Shown piece after piece: positions 14,241 to 28,049 of a stretch of DNA of 64,000 nt. Made by a program: the position numbers and the translations under genes. Source of the stretch: Mizuhopecten yessoensis (taxonomy: Eukaryota); the NCBI RefSeq assembly GCF_002113885.1, contig NW_018407615.1, positions 1,095,620-1,159,619 of the forward strand, in the 5' to 3' direction. Each line of letters starts with the position of its first letter. Position 1 is the first letter of the stretch. Under the pieces are notes generated by a model, which was not told the DNA's origin, did no database searches, and was given only the letters and a program-made list of their open reading frames with translations.

Positions 14241-15573
14241 ACATCGACAGGGACGTCTTGGGAAAGGGGCGTTCCCGGCCCTCCCCCACTTGCTCCTTCC
14301 TCCGCCCGAAATATATATCCAGTTGCTCACTGACGAAATGCAATCTTCGACATTTATAGGATGCAATTTTAAAAAGTGTTTTTATTTAAAAATAAGATAC
14401 TAATAAAAGAAAATCATCACTTTAAAATTATTTTCAAATGTAGCATTCCAAAACTATTCAATGGAATATCACACAGAAATTTTGTGATAAATTAGTGCTG
14501 AAATTAATTGTGTAAATAACTACTTATTCATGAAAAACTTTAATCTGACCATCTATTATTAAATTTATATGTCGAATTGTCCATATCTAACAACTCAAGT
14601 GCGAATTAATGCAACACACGTTTATATGACATTTAGACAGAATTTGGTTATATACATATGACATTATCCTTAATTGTAATTACTGTATATCCTTTGTGAC
14701 ATTTGAGATAAGACTCATGTGTGAAGTTTTTATATCCCTAAGTACGTACTCTCTGTAAACTGACTTTCATAAAGCATTACTTTTGTCCATCACATTACGC
14801 AACATTACGCAACAGGATTAGTTTAATAGCCTTTACATTGTGGACACTGACCACGGGTAATTGATCTAACAATTAGCGACACCTGTCACTTAAACCTCAG
14901 GTACCTTTATTGTACGTACATGTATTTAACTGTGATATGTTGTATTGTAAATCAGTTAGGTTCTAGACTCTGTACGGAACACATTCGTTTTATTTTGGAC
15001 ACTCCAGAATATTCCGCCGTCAAGTCAAAAGTTATCTCTTATTAAATTTCAAAGTTAAACTTTAATCAACTCTTACGTCATCATTTCAACAAGACAAAAC
15101 GTGCAGAAAAACCTTATGTTAGGAACATATCAGTAAAATTCTAAACAAATCCAGTTAGCTATTTTCTTACGTGTAGGTACATGGAGTGTAATGCAAGTAT
15201 TTCTACTGCCAGTAAGCAAGGGCGATAACCCGGAACATCTCGAAACGTAAAGCCCGGAAAGTCGCTTTTGAACACTGAACGATGTTAGGCGATATTTGTT
15301 ATTTAGTATTACATGTATACTCGGGTTTGTTTTGTCCTTTAACAGCTCGCGTCATATGAAAACGGACACGGAGAGAGTATAGCAGCCGTCATAGTAATCC
15401 CAATTGTTGAAATACGTATGGAGGAAATGCATTTTACAATAAAATATTGTAGAAATTTCAGAAAATAAGTAATGAACAAAAACATACTTCTGGAAAGGGC
15501 GAACTTCTTTATACTACCACCACGTTTACAATACACCTTGACGTACGCGAATAACGTTTAACGCGCCCAGAAT

Positions 15574-15840
15574 CTTGGCCCGTATTCATGAAACTGATCT
15601 CTTGCTCAAGCATGGATTCTGTCCTCGAGCATGAATTGTGTGCTCCAACCAGATTTCTTATACCTCACTGAAATAATGTAAAGCGATCAAGAAGTGAAAT
15701 ATACACATTGTAAGCATTTTAAATCGTCTAACATTCTCTTGATTTTTTCCCCCGAATCATTTATACCCGGAACAAGAAATTAGGTTTGAGCACAAAATCC
15801 ATGCCTGAGCACGAGAACGGTTTCATGAATACAGGCCCAG
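15574..15840. mobile_element. MITE-like element with ~55-bp imperfect terminal inverted repeats
   Basis: Left arm CTTGGCCCGTATTCATGAAACTGATCTCTTGCTCAAGCATGGATT vs reverse complement of right arm CTGGGCCTGTATTCATGAAACCGTTCTCGTGCTCAGGCATGGATT; no coding capacity. Confidence 0.75.
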
Positions 15841-16459
15841 CTGTACAAAAAACACGTGGTCGGAAGTCTCGTACATGACTATATATATATCAAGTGCTGT
15901 ACTCGATAATAAAATCGGTCTCGTGTGCTGAACACATGAATTGTCACATGTAAGTAGCATTGCCTATACAATAGTTTTTTTTATTCGGTTTAGTTGCTAA
16001 AAAGTCCTTTCCCTGTCAAATATTGGTCACTTCCGAATCTGCTCGGCAAGTTACCTATACGAGTAATACAGGCCATTATTATGAAAGTCCGTTCCGTGCG
16101 TGCCTGCTCCCTTAGAAAAACCAGTGTAGTTCGGGTTTTATGCTGTGTGACGTATTATCTTTTATCACACATTTAAATTGGCAATCCCAGTTCGATCTTC
16201 AAGCGCTTTGTTAGATTTAGGAAGATCGATCAGGCCATGGGAGATAACTCTTGTGAGCCACAATCTTCTGTTGTGGGGTACAATATCACGTCTGTTTGTG
16301 GAGTATCCACTGTGTGTGTGTTGTCGGGTGAAGAACACGGGGCAGGTTCTGCGTATATGTTTACATACATACATGATATATCTTTGCATCGCTGATACGG
16401 ATATTTGACAGAGGATTTACCGGCCAGATCGATACCCTTCCCCACAGATATCGGTAACC

Positions 16460-16503
16460 ATGTCAAGTGTCAGTAGTGGCAGCTCTTCTGATCTCAGCCG
16501 AAT
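16460..16503 (+). CDS. Candidate first coding exon of the synphilin-like gene (MSSVSSGSSSDLSR)
   Basis: ACCATG start and AT|GTGAGT donor in phase 2, compatible with the phase-2 acceptor TCTCTATCCTCAACAG|C at 28097. Confidence 0.4.
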
Positions 16504-17614
16504 GTGAGTACAGAACTCGGTGGTAGGATGTTTAATTTGTTGGTTATATGGTGATGATCAGAAAGATTCATATTGCAGAGCCATCGAAATATTGTTCTGA
16601 AAATGCATGTGTGATGCATATCGTTCTTACTGAATTTAAGACATCAATAGTTTAATGAAGAATGGACGTAAAGTATGGAGGATGGTCGGAGGAATACTAG
16701 AATTGCCACCACCTCAGTGGTAGGGGAGAGGTTCCCAGCTACTGTAGGTGAACTTGAATCACTTTAACTCATGACTTACAAATATTGCTACAAGTAAATA
16801 CATTAAAGTAAACTATCCGCACGGTTTAGTTTTAATAGCTAATGTTCATATGTTCACGGTTTAATGACGTTAAGCAATGTGTGCTTACAAAGTATCATGT
16901 TGATTGTACATCTATGCTTATGTTTACTGATAACTACCTAGTATCCAGAAATACCGAAAAAAGAACTGCTGATTCAGCAAAGAACAAAACTTTAACCTGA
17001 AGAGAAGACAATTTCCAGACCAGCCAGTTCGATTTGATAAATAAGATTGAAACGTTAAGAACACAATGCGCCGTACACGTCTGGCAGTTAATACCTTACA
17101 TCGGTATACTGTCACTATAGGTAATAGCCCGTACAAGGTTAATTTGACAGGTACGCTAATAATATCCTCTACCTGACGTATGAGTTTTGGTTATTTAGTT
17201 ATTTGTTAATTGCTAATCGGAAAGTTGATGGTGCGTGTGCATATCACTAACCAAATGAAATTAATTGATGTGACGAGCTATATAACGCCTAGAACAGTTC
17301 AAACCATGTACACGTCCATAGATCGTAGCATAAAAGCTAAAGTATTAGTGAGTGACATGAAGAACTATTCCTTTTAACGTGATCTGGGTTTAAACCAGAA
17401 TGTTTATTAACAAGAAAAGAAGTTCCACAACAAATCACATAGTTCTAAAAACATAAAAGGTTAATTAAAATGTTGACTTACGGATTGAAATATAAACATG
17501 GTTAGGGTCGAGCTTTGTTTTTAATTTGGCATGACAGACAGTGTACAGCACACGTTTAAACTGACCGACGATAACCGCTGGTACATTGTTAAAACAATAA
17601 GAGGTTGATAGGTT

Positions 17615-17695
17615 AATAATAATAATAATAAACTTTATTTATTGAGGATACAAAACCTGTTTAGCAAAGCTAATCTTCCACAGGGTCCTCTGTTA
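17615..17695 (-). mobile_element. 3' end of a LINE/SINE (CR1/L2-like) with (TAT)n tail
   Basis: Minus strand reads GAGGACCCTGTGGAAGATTAGCTTTGCTAAACAGG...CAATAAATAAAGTTTATTATTATTATTA: a small stem-loop, AATAAA and a short-repeat tail. Confidence 0.45.
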
Positions 17696-20267
17696 GTAAA
17701 ATTGGTTAGTTAAAAGACAAAGTAGTATCACAGCAAATAAATGTACATAAAATAATTGTTGGTCTACTAAAACAGCAATTCATATCACAGTTATAGGTTG
17801 ATTGGCATGGTGATAAACCATATTAGTACATGTTTCAAACAGTGACAGGTTGATTGACATTGTGGGAAATCACCATTGGTACGGGGTTCAAACCATATAT
17901 AAGGACAAAGGTCAATTGGCTTTGAGATAAAGCATTTGATATATGACATGGTTCTAGTCGTATGGGGTTAATGGGCTGACGATAAGGCTCGAATCAAACT
18001 AGATAAGTAGAAAGTTCTGAAATCACACCTATCCCTGATATCCTCACGCGATGTTGTAACGAATCGCTGATAACTGGCGTTTGCTTTGACGTTGTATTTT
18101 GAAATTGAAAAAACCCATTTAACCAGTTTTTGTCACTAGAGTTTTTTAAAGTGTGCATGACATTGTGTAAATAATTTACCATTCGTATGTAATGGTTTAC
18201 TGATAAAAACCGAGCCTTCTTGTTGCAATAAAAAGTAGTTTCGCTTTTAACAATACAATCTCGATAGAACGTAGTCATTTATCTACTCCGTGAATATATC
18301 TGTTGCTTAAAGATGATATTAAAGAAGCGATCTAGGATCCTACAGTATGCCTATAAAACGTACTGGAACTGTCGTGTTAGTTGCCTGACGGTGTCCACGG
18401 TATAGTAGCCTTGTAGGTGTGTACACATACAGAATCGGCTATACGGGTGTATTGTATAGGTATACAGTACTTTGACACATTATAAAGCAATTCAACACTC
18501 CCCTTGCCGAGAACAAAAGGTTTAAAAGGATTAAAGTGCCCTCTTTACTAAAAGATCGTATCCATAATTTTCGACTTAAATGAGTACACGTAAGAATGCT
18601 GTCACATTGACATTTATCGTCATATATAATCGGTTGTGTACGTATACGACGCATGCAACTAGGGCGAAACATAATGAAAAGGCATATTACATTTCCTATT
18701 TACTTTGTGAAGGGAAGTAACTCTTGTAATGTTAAAAGGTTTACTTCAGATTATTAGAAACTGCGGGTTTTTCATTTCAAACAATTCATCGCGCACCACC
18801 ATCTAACTACTCGACATAAAATTGGTATGTGTGACGTTATTAAGAAAGGAAGTGAAGTGACTATCTCAAAATACGTTAAATTGAATATGAGGGCAAAAGT
18901 AAAACAGAAATTTTTGGTGCAAAATTTATGTGATAATTCCGATCGCGACGTATGAATTAGTACCCATTCGTATGTGATCCGAGGGAAAAATACTCCAATA
19001 TTCCTTAATTAAGTTCTCTCCCCACCCACACAAAAAACAAACAAACAAACAAAACACACACGCATGCTTCTTTTTCTGCGTTCCTTATTTTCAATTCTTC
19101 TTTATTTTCTTTATTATTTTTCTTTCATTAAACGGTTTGTGCTTTTTCTTCTCAGAAACTACGACCTTGCTATAAGAAACGTGTAGATGTGTGTAACGTG
19201 TTTTATTTTCATTCGGTCATCAAACATGGCCGCCGGTAATTGACAGGTGCTCGCCAAGGTGATGCCAACGGTACCGCCAACGGTACCACATGTATGCAAA
19301 TTCTTTCCATTGCATCATTTGTGACTACAAGGGCAGTTTGTGGGGACTAATGCAGCATCCCCGTTACAATTAAAAGTCGTTACCCTTTCCATTGCTAAAG
19401 TACTAGACTGTACACCGTTACCATTTCTCTCGCGATACCGGGATCGTTCACTCTGTCTTCCTTGAGTGGCGGGGCGGAGAAACACGCGAACGCTTCAATT
19501 CTATGTCCCGAAACCCTAAAAGGAACTACGTATACATGTAACATGAGCACGTCTGTCCCGAGGACGCAAATAAGTAGTTTGTACCGGGGAGCCTTCACAT
19601 GTCTTCCTCCAGAAGCTTCAGTACCTGCCTAATGGAGCATGATACATACAGGTATGCCAGATTCATGTCACCTCATTAAAGTGTTATTAGAGGAAGCCGC
19701 GAAATTGTCCAACACTTTCACTCACTTTCTCTAATGGATTTTAGTGAGTTTTCTGATATTGTTGTCATGTCAAACCCAGTAAAGCGTGTTACCGGGGATA
19801 ACAATGTGTACAGACTTTAAACGGTGATATCTGAACCCACGAACATCTATTACACGGAGTGTATGGTATGTCGGAGGTCAAAGGTCACTGGTTTTTGTGG
19901 GACTTCCATTGACAATATTGTGGTAGGTACAGGGCGAGTAGATTGTAGTGAGCACTGCCCGTGAAGGGAATTCGCAACCCTTACAGGTGCGCTAAGGATA
20001 TTGTGGATTTCTGTCCAAGCGTTTGGTATCCTGCTGAATGACCCTTTGGCCGTTTGGCGAAGTTGTCTTTTGTAATCTATCCCGGAGGTTACATACAACA
20101 TGGATTACCCAGGGCCCACGTGGTCGGTAGAGTCCCGCCGATTTTGTTTACATTCCTGTAGAAAAAGGCTTTAACAAATTATCATCGGTATTTGACACTT
20201 GCTAGTGTATATGTAGAATTAAAAACTGATGAACTACATGTATAAACGCATCAATATCAACAGAATA

Positions 20268-20832
20268 TGTAAGTCCATATATTGATGGGCGGTGTAAGTC
20301 CATATATTGTTGGGCGGTGTATGTCCATATACTGATGGGCGGTGTATGTCCATATATTGATGGGCGGTGTATGTCCATATTGGAATTTATTGATTAAAGA
20401 ATAAATCCATTTTATTGCAGCGCATCCTTAGTATTTATCTGGGTACTCCAGATGCTTGAATAGCATACAGTATAGTACACGCGTCTGAGGGATAACGAAT
20501 TCGATCTTTTAGCGCAGAAAACAAAGATAAACGGTTTCGCAAAAATCTTGGTATTTGATTCCGTGAAATTACTACTTTAAAAACTAAAATTTAAGAATTT
20601 TAGTTCATGGATGTTTACTTAGGATGTTTAACAAGCCATTGATGGGCGGTGTAAGTCCATATATTGATGGGCGGTGTAAGTTCATATATTGATGGGCGGT
20701 GTAAGTCCATATATATTGATGGGCGGTGTAAGTCCATATATTGATAGGCGGTGTAAGTCCATATAGTGATGGGCGGTGTAAGTACATATATTGATCGGCG
20801 GTGTAAGTCCATATATTGATGGACGGTGTAAG
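20268..20832. repeat. 25-bp minisatellite in two blocks (20268-20381, 20638-20832) split by ~255 bp of unrelated sequence
   Basis: Unit GATGGGCGGTGTAAGTCCATATATT. Confidence 0.92.
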
Positions 20833-22577
20833 TGTGTATTAGGAAGTGTAATAGTTTAAGTCTAAGGACAAGGTACACGTTATCCCTACGTGTAGTACTT
20901 ATTCTATTCGGTATAACACATTACTTGGATTGCCATAACTCATTTAAAATACAAATCGTTTACCTTGTCTATGTCTAATTAGGGGCTTGGTTTGAAGTAA
21001 TCTCGGAGGCGTGGTACATATAACAGTGTATATATATATACTGTGCTGTCGAGACAAAATCTAGCACATTAGGGAAACTTCACTCCCGTATAATTGACTA
21101 CTATTATAAATGCAAAGAACTTTTATAGTTCTGTTGGTACAGTAGATAGGTCATACCAACATTCATCTTCATCGGGTTTACCTACGTCACCTGACAGACG
21201 AGATATAAATCTTTGAAACTGTCTCCGTTCTTTACTAACAGACGGAAGTAGGACCATGGGTTTAAATGGCGTGCTTGACCTAAGGTCGTGGATAGAGAGT
21301 TTGATATACTTCAACGAGATTGGATTTTGAGATATTTTCATAGATATAAAAGACTACTTGACGAGTACAATACTCGGTCTGATTTGTTTGTACTGTCACA
21401 CAGGCAGATTAAATTCAGGGACTGGCGAGGATAGAGACCTGCGGATATTTATTAAATGCCGTGAAAGTTAAACCGGTAAAATTACAGCGGTTTCCCAATA
21501 AGTTGTTAAGAATGTTTACGTTATAGTGATGTGTGAATACGGTCAACCGACAAAACATTTTTTTTCTTAATATCGTACTTTTGTGGACATGGGGTAAAAG
21601 GTCATTTAACGACTGTTTGAGGATTAGTCCGTTCTGCTGGTCAGTTTGACTCTTTACTGGACTGTCTATTTAACGTACGACTACTATATGACAGTTTGAC
21701 GATCGGGATCAAAAAGGAGAGGTCACCGGTCAACCTTGACGTGGGAACTAAGCTGTTAATTCACACTTGTGGACATCCGATAGCCGGATAACGTCGGTTT
21801 TCAGTGGACACACCACTTCTACAACGTGTATGTGTTTGTTTGAAAATCTCTTAGTTTGCAAACACTCCAGAGGTCACCGCGGCGACACGAGGCCTTTGAT
21901 ACAATGTACCTACCACTGAATGTGGGGAGGGGACATGTAAGGGGCGTTACCAGTTTAATGTTTGACACCGACTTGGGTCATGACGTATTGGTGTCGGCTT
22001 GCTCGTTAGCAGGTAAATAAGCAACAGTGATTAGGGACAAACAGAAGCTTACATAGGGATGAACTGGTGGGTTTAAAGTATGTCGCATCAGTGAAACACC
22101 GTAGTGTGTGAATGACTTAACAGTACTGGCATGTATCGGCCATGAAAACACTGTTATAAGAAGTGCGGAGAAAGCTGTGGATTAGCTACATTTGTACTAT
22201 ATGTACAATACGAAAAATGAATTTAGCTATTACCAGGGTCACACAAAGGAAGCTCTGTACCTCGTGTTTATACACGAGTAATATATACCCAGCCATCCGT
22301 ATGTCTACATTAGTCACAACACTGGTGGAGGACTGACACTACACGGAAAGGTTACCGGAATGGCCACAAGGGTGGGTGAATGTAGTGATTTTAGCGCGGG
22401 GTTCAAAACGTGACATCATAGGACGTTTTTATACATCAAGAGTGGATGTTTCTGTGTGATGAAAAAAGTTTAAAATGCAATCTATAATGAAATATCTTCG
22501 ATACACGTGCATGGTGGAGAATGAGGATTATGCGCGATTTGGACCCAAGTACAGGAGACAAATACCAAAGTCGACTG

Positions 22578-24335
22578 ACAGCAGGTTTGTAACTCTCCCC
22601 GTATAACGTATAGCAGGTTTTACCCCTCCCCGTATAACGTATAGCAGGTTTGTAACTCTCCCCGTATAACATACAGCAGGTTTGTAACTCTCCTCGTATA
22701 GCGTACATCAGGGTTTACCCCTCCCCATATAACGTTCAGCAGGTTTGTAACCCAACCCGCATAACGTACATCAGGTTTAACCCCTCCCCATATAACGTAA
22801 AGCAGGTTTTACCCCTCCCCGTATAACGTATAGCAGGTTTGTAACCCAACCCGCATAACGTACATCAGGTTTAACCCCTCCCCATATAACGTAAAGCAGG
22901 TTTTACCCCTCCCCGTATAACGTATAGCAGGTTTGTAACCCTCCCCGTATAACTTACTGCAGGTTTTACCCCTCCCCGAATAACTTACAGCTGGTTTGTA
23001 ACCGTCCCTGTATATCGTACAGCAAGTGTGTTACCCTCCCCGTATAGCGTACATCAGGTTTGTAACCCTCCACGTATAGCGTACATCAGGTTTGTAACCC
23101 TCCCCGTATAACGAACAGCAGGTTTGTAACCTCCCCGTATAACGTACAGCAGGTGTGTAACCCTCCCCGTATAACGTATAGCAGGTTTTACCCCTCCCCG
23201 TATAACTTACAGCAGGTTTTACCCCTCCCCGTATAACTTACAGCATATTTTACCCCTCCCCGTATAACGTACAGCAGGTTTTACACTCCCCGTATAACGT
23301 ACAGCAGGTTTGTAACCCTCCCCGTATAACTTACAGCAGGTTTTACCCCTCCCCGTATAACGTACAGCAGGTTTTACACTCCCCGTATAACGTACAGCAG
23401 GTTTGTAACCCTCCCCGTATAACTTACAGCAGGTTTTACCCCTCCCCGTATAACGTACAGCAGGTTTTACACTCCCCGTATAACGTACAGCAGGTTTGTA
23501 ACCCTCCCCGTATAACTTACAGCAGATTTTACCCCTCCCCGTATAACGTACAGCAGGTTTTACACTCCCCATATAACGTTCAGCAGGTTTGTAACCCAAC
23601 CCGTATAACGTACATCGGGTTTTACCCCTCCCCATATAACGTAAAGCAGGTTTGTAACCCTCCCCGTATAACTTACATCAGGTTTTAACCCTCCCCGTAT
23701 AACTTACAGCAGGTTTGTAACCCTATCCGTATAACTTACAGCAGGTTTTAACCCTCCCCGTATAACTTACAGCTGGTTTGTAACCGTCCCTGTATATCGT
23801 ACAGCATGTGTGTTACCCTCCCCGTATAACGTACAGCAGGTTTGTAACCCTACCCGTATAACTTACAGCAGGTTTTACCCCTCCCCGTATAACTTACACC
23901 AGGTTTTACCCCTCCCCGTATAACTTACAGCAGATTTTACACCTCCCCGTATAACGTACAGCAGGTTTTACCCCTCCCCGTATAACTTACAGCAGGTTTG
24001 TAACCATCCCCGTATAACGTACAGCAGGTGTGTAACCCTCCCCGTATAGCGTACAGCAGGTTTTACCCCTCCCCGTATAACTTACAGCAGGTTTTACACT
24101 CCCCGTATAATGTACAGCAGGTTTGTAATCCTCCCCGAATAACATGTTAAGTTATAATATCGTACGGATGCATTGCCAACAATGTTAATTAACAAAACAA
24201 GGGGAAACTGTATGTGAGCAGTGATTGAGAACGTGGCTCATTTCATAACTTTAGGTAATAACCCGTATAACGTATAGCAGGTTTTTCCCCTCCCCGTATA
24301 ACGTACAGCAGGTTTGTAACCCTCCCCGTATAACA
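22578..24335. repeat. 31-32-bp minisatellite (~50 copies); distal end includes a ~120-bp duplication of flank (24140-24262 / 24330-24452)
   Basis: Unit GCAGGTTT(T/GT)ACCCCTCCCCGTATAAC(G/T)TACA. ORF 23219..23635 is a translation of this repeat. Confidence 0.95.
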
Positions 24336-27300
24336 TGTTAAGGTATAATATCGTACGGATGCATTGCCAACAATGTTAATTAACAAAACAAGGGGAAACT
24401 GTATGTGAGCAGTGATTGAGAACGTGGCTCATTTCATAACTTTAGGTAATAAATCATTGCTATTTTAGAAATATAATACATAATAATCTAACGCACGAAT
24501 CTAAACATTTTCATAAAAACAAAGGGTTATTTACGCAAAATAAATGTATAAAGCACTGATAAAAGAGGCCGTCTCTATGAACCACTGATAAACAGCCTCT
24601 TTTAGATCTGAAATAATTTGCGTACTCTAGAAAGTAATTATTTTTATTTTTGTTGAAAACAATTAGTTTAGTATTCTATATCTTCAGTAGATATGTGTGT
24701 CTACTACTCGTATATACATATATGTCGGACGGAATTAATTACCAATTTGTTCTCCCTAAATGATGATGACTATGAGTTCGGCATTATCAGTTTATCAGTC
24801 AAATTATGATATGCATAGTTTGTTGGTGACGAAGAAGAAAGAGTGCCTTGCAGTTAAACCATATGAACACTATATAGTTTATACATGTAGACTATTCGGT
24901 TTTTGCCCAATTTTTGTTTTTGAAAAATAGTACACTGGTCATGTAAGTTACGACCAACACTTTCCCGTTAAACCTAAGACGCAAACATGTATAAGACGTA
25001 TCTGTACATCTATACATCTTAACAACATTGATGAATGATAACCTTCTGATTCTCCATATCTCATCAAGATACTAGTTTATGCATTTCGTAAAAAGAAAAA
25101 GGAATATAATAAAAATCAGTTATGTCAACTTTGCTAAATACTAATGATTATTTAATATTTCTCGATCCCTTTGTACCTCCTTCCGAAGTGACAAATTATC
25201 ATACTCCATTCCTTTGTTAATGCATATTCAAACTTGTCACTGATTAGCAACATTCATTGATCCTTTAGGGTTTAGTGATCACAAACCTATTTATATAATT
25301 AACTAAATTTGCTTTTGATCCAAAATAAAAAGTAAATACAATAAATTGATTTCGGTCGCGTAAACTAGCATTAGACAACACACTCGCTCTTCCATGCTTG
25401 GCAGGACTTTTTCCTCCGAAAAATACCTTTTCGATGAATCATTTTCATTGGTAAATGTATCGCCGGTGTGTAAACGGGAGACTATCACAAATCAGTTGTC
25501 TGAGGTTTGTGACTTTGTGTGGATGTCGTCTTAATTTCTCTACAAAACAATGGACAGTACTTCCCTAGATGTTATCACTAATCTGATAAGAGTCGGGCTG
25601 TATGGAGACCCGGCATAGATATACACGGAATTGTACGAAACACTCGGTGTGGCAACTGTGAACAGTGCAATTCATCATTCTTTCACACCGTTGTTATTGA
25701 CTTAAGTTACATCTAAAAGTGAAATATGTTGAATATGTTGATGTACTTATCATTAGTTATATACCAATTAAGAGCAAGTGCTACATGTTGCAATTTCCAA
25801 CCTTCGCACTAAAGAATATTGTGATGCACTGTTGATATTGCATTAGTTGTGCAAATTAGGAGCAAGTGCTACATATTAGTTTCCGTGCAGGAATGTGTGA
25901 AGCCCTAACTTGTTGTCTAAACTGTACGCAGACATTTCTTTAAGTGTTTCACTCATTGGTCCACGACACGGAATGTGCCACCTAGGATGAGTTACGTCTC
26001 TTTTATACAGGGCTTTCTCACCGAAACGTCCTGGCATGTCGGTGACAAGAGCACGTTACTTTACGCTGTCGTATTTATTATCTTGATTCTAAATTACCAG
26101 TTCTTGTTCTGTACCGTTAAGGAAAGAATCAACATCTCTTCATGTTTGTCCGAAATGTATGTCTGTTGGAGGATGGACAACCTTTTGCAAAGGCTCGTCC
26201 TCCGATAATGACGGCGGATCAAATAATTCCAGATAATCTTTAAGAAACAAATACAGTAGTCGATGATTGTTAAACGTCGACAACAGTTCAGCCAATGGCC
26301 TACAATCACATGATGACCGTCTAATCAACGTGACAAGACGCTATTGTTTCATTCCGAAGGAGTCAAGTGTACGATGACTCTTATAGTAATTCGCGAGTCC
26401 GACGTTTTCTACTTGTCAGTAGAACGTGGAAACGTTCGATACGTGTGTCCCCTATGCCCTGCAGTAAATAAAGACATTGCAGTACAGCTAGTCACTGTAA
26501 CAAAGTACGGTGTTTATACGGAACTTCAATGTACGGGGTCACGCTATGCTGGTGGGTTTATTATATCTTTAACACGAAGTAAAAATGGCGATTTGGACTA
26601 GGAAGTATTATGTTAAAGCGGTGGCATTTATCATTTTGAGTTTCAGCCGACCAAAGTTACAGCAGGCCCCTGGTCATACGTTTTTTACGAGCAGATCAAA
26701 CGTACCAGTATACATATCACATCCTGTAGGATCCGATATTCGGGAAAAAACGTTGCAATTAACCCGATATTACATATTTCATACTTCAGTTGATCTGTTT
26801 ATGAAACACACATGAACACAAGTATTCACCTGTGAAACTTCACACCAAAAAACTAATTCACTTACGTTTTTGATTACTTATTTTGAAGGGACAACGCTAT
26901 TCACCCCAGTGACTTAAAATACTCGGGCTGAGTCACATTACTGTTTACAGTGTGCCACCCATGAGATCAATACGTTTCCCTCAACTTGTATAGTCTCATT
27001 AAAATGACTCGTTAAAGATGTATCAAACATATGAGAAAACTCTCCAGAAATTGTCAATTAAATAAGAGTCGATTGACTGATGTGGTTGTATCTATAAGGT
27101 GTACATACGACGTTCTGACGAGATGTCTATCACTCATATACACACATTCTGTGTCATCTATTTCATTGATTTGAATTCTTTACATTCCTATATCGTTTTC
27201 ACAATAAGACATCGGGATTTACAATACGCGTGGGGCGTTCTTATGGTAAATAGCTTGTCCCCTCAACAAACATCGACCCCAGAAACAAGTCGCTACCTCA

Positions 27301-28049
27301 CCATTGATCTCCAATGTCTGATATCTCGGTAATAACTAGACACGTTTGTCACAGGGGGCAATGCAAATGCTATTTATCACGATTCATCAAGGTTTAATTT
27401 CAACATGGGGTTTAGTCTATGATAGTGTGTGTATTATATACATGTAGCTAGTGTTATGATAAGATGTGTATTACCTTATATAATTATTATAGTGTTATGA
27501 TGTGTAATTCCTTAAGTTTATGTATGATTTATATGTCCTTAATAAGGATGCAATGCATGGTGACATGTTAAATCCTTTACAATGCTTGTTACTGCTGGTC
27601 CTCCTCGGCATTTGTTATGGGATCATTAGCCCTATTTAAGGATGTATGCTACCTTGTAATTATGATATGACCCTTTTATCCGGAAGAGTTCAACACAGGT
27701 CATAAAATGTACGCATTGATAAATCCAGATAAGTTCGAATTATTACACAATGCAAATTAAAAACAAAAAGACATTTAACAGAGATAATTGTAACAAAACA
27801 CATAAGTAAATTGTGTGAGGTAGCATGCACCCGTAAACTGTGTGAGGTAGCATGCACCCGTAAACTGTGAGGTAGCATGCATCCGTAAAAGGATTTGCGA
27901 TCTGTAGGTCTGAATGATCAGTATACTTAAGGAGTGCAACAGTATTAATATTATAATATATGCCGAGAACACTTACAAGGTGATTGATAATGAACCTGTT
28001 GTGTGGTCAGACTTGTATGGTTGTCACGACACTCTTAACGGTAATATAC

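Noticed and set aside
23219-23635. 138-aa repetitive ORF (KPAVRYTG)
   Set aside because: Translation of the 31-32-bp minisatellite; no splice signals or non-repeat coding flank.
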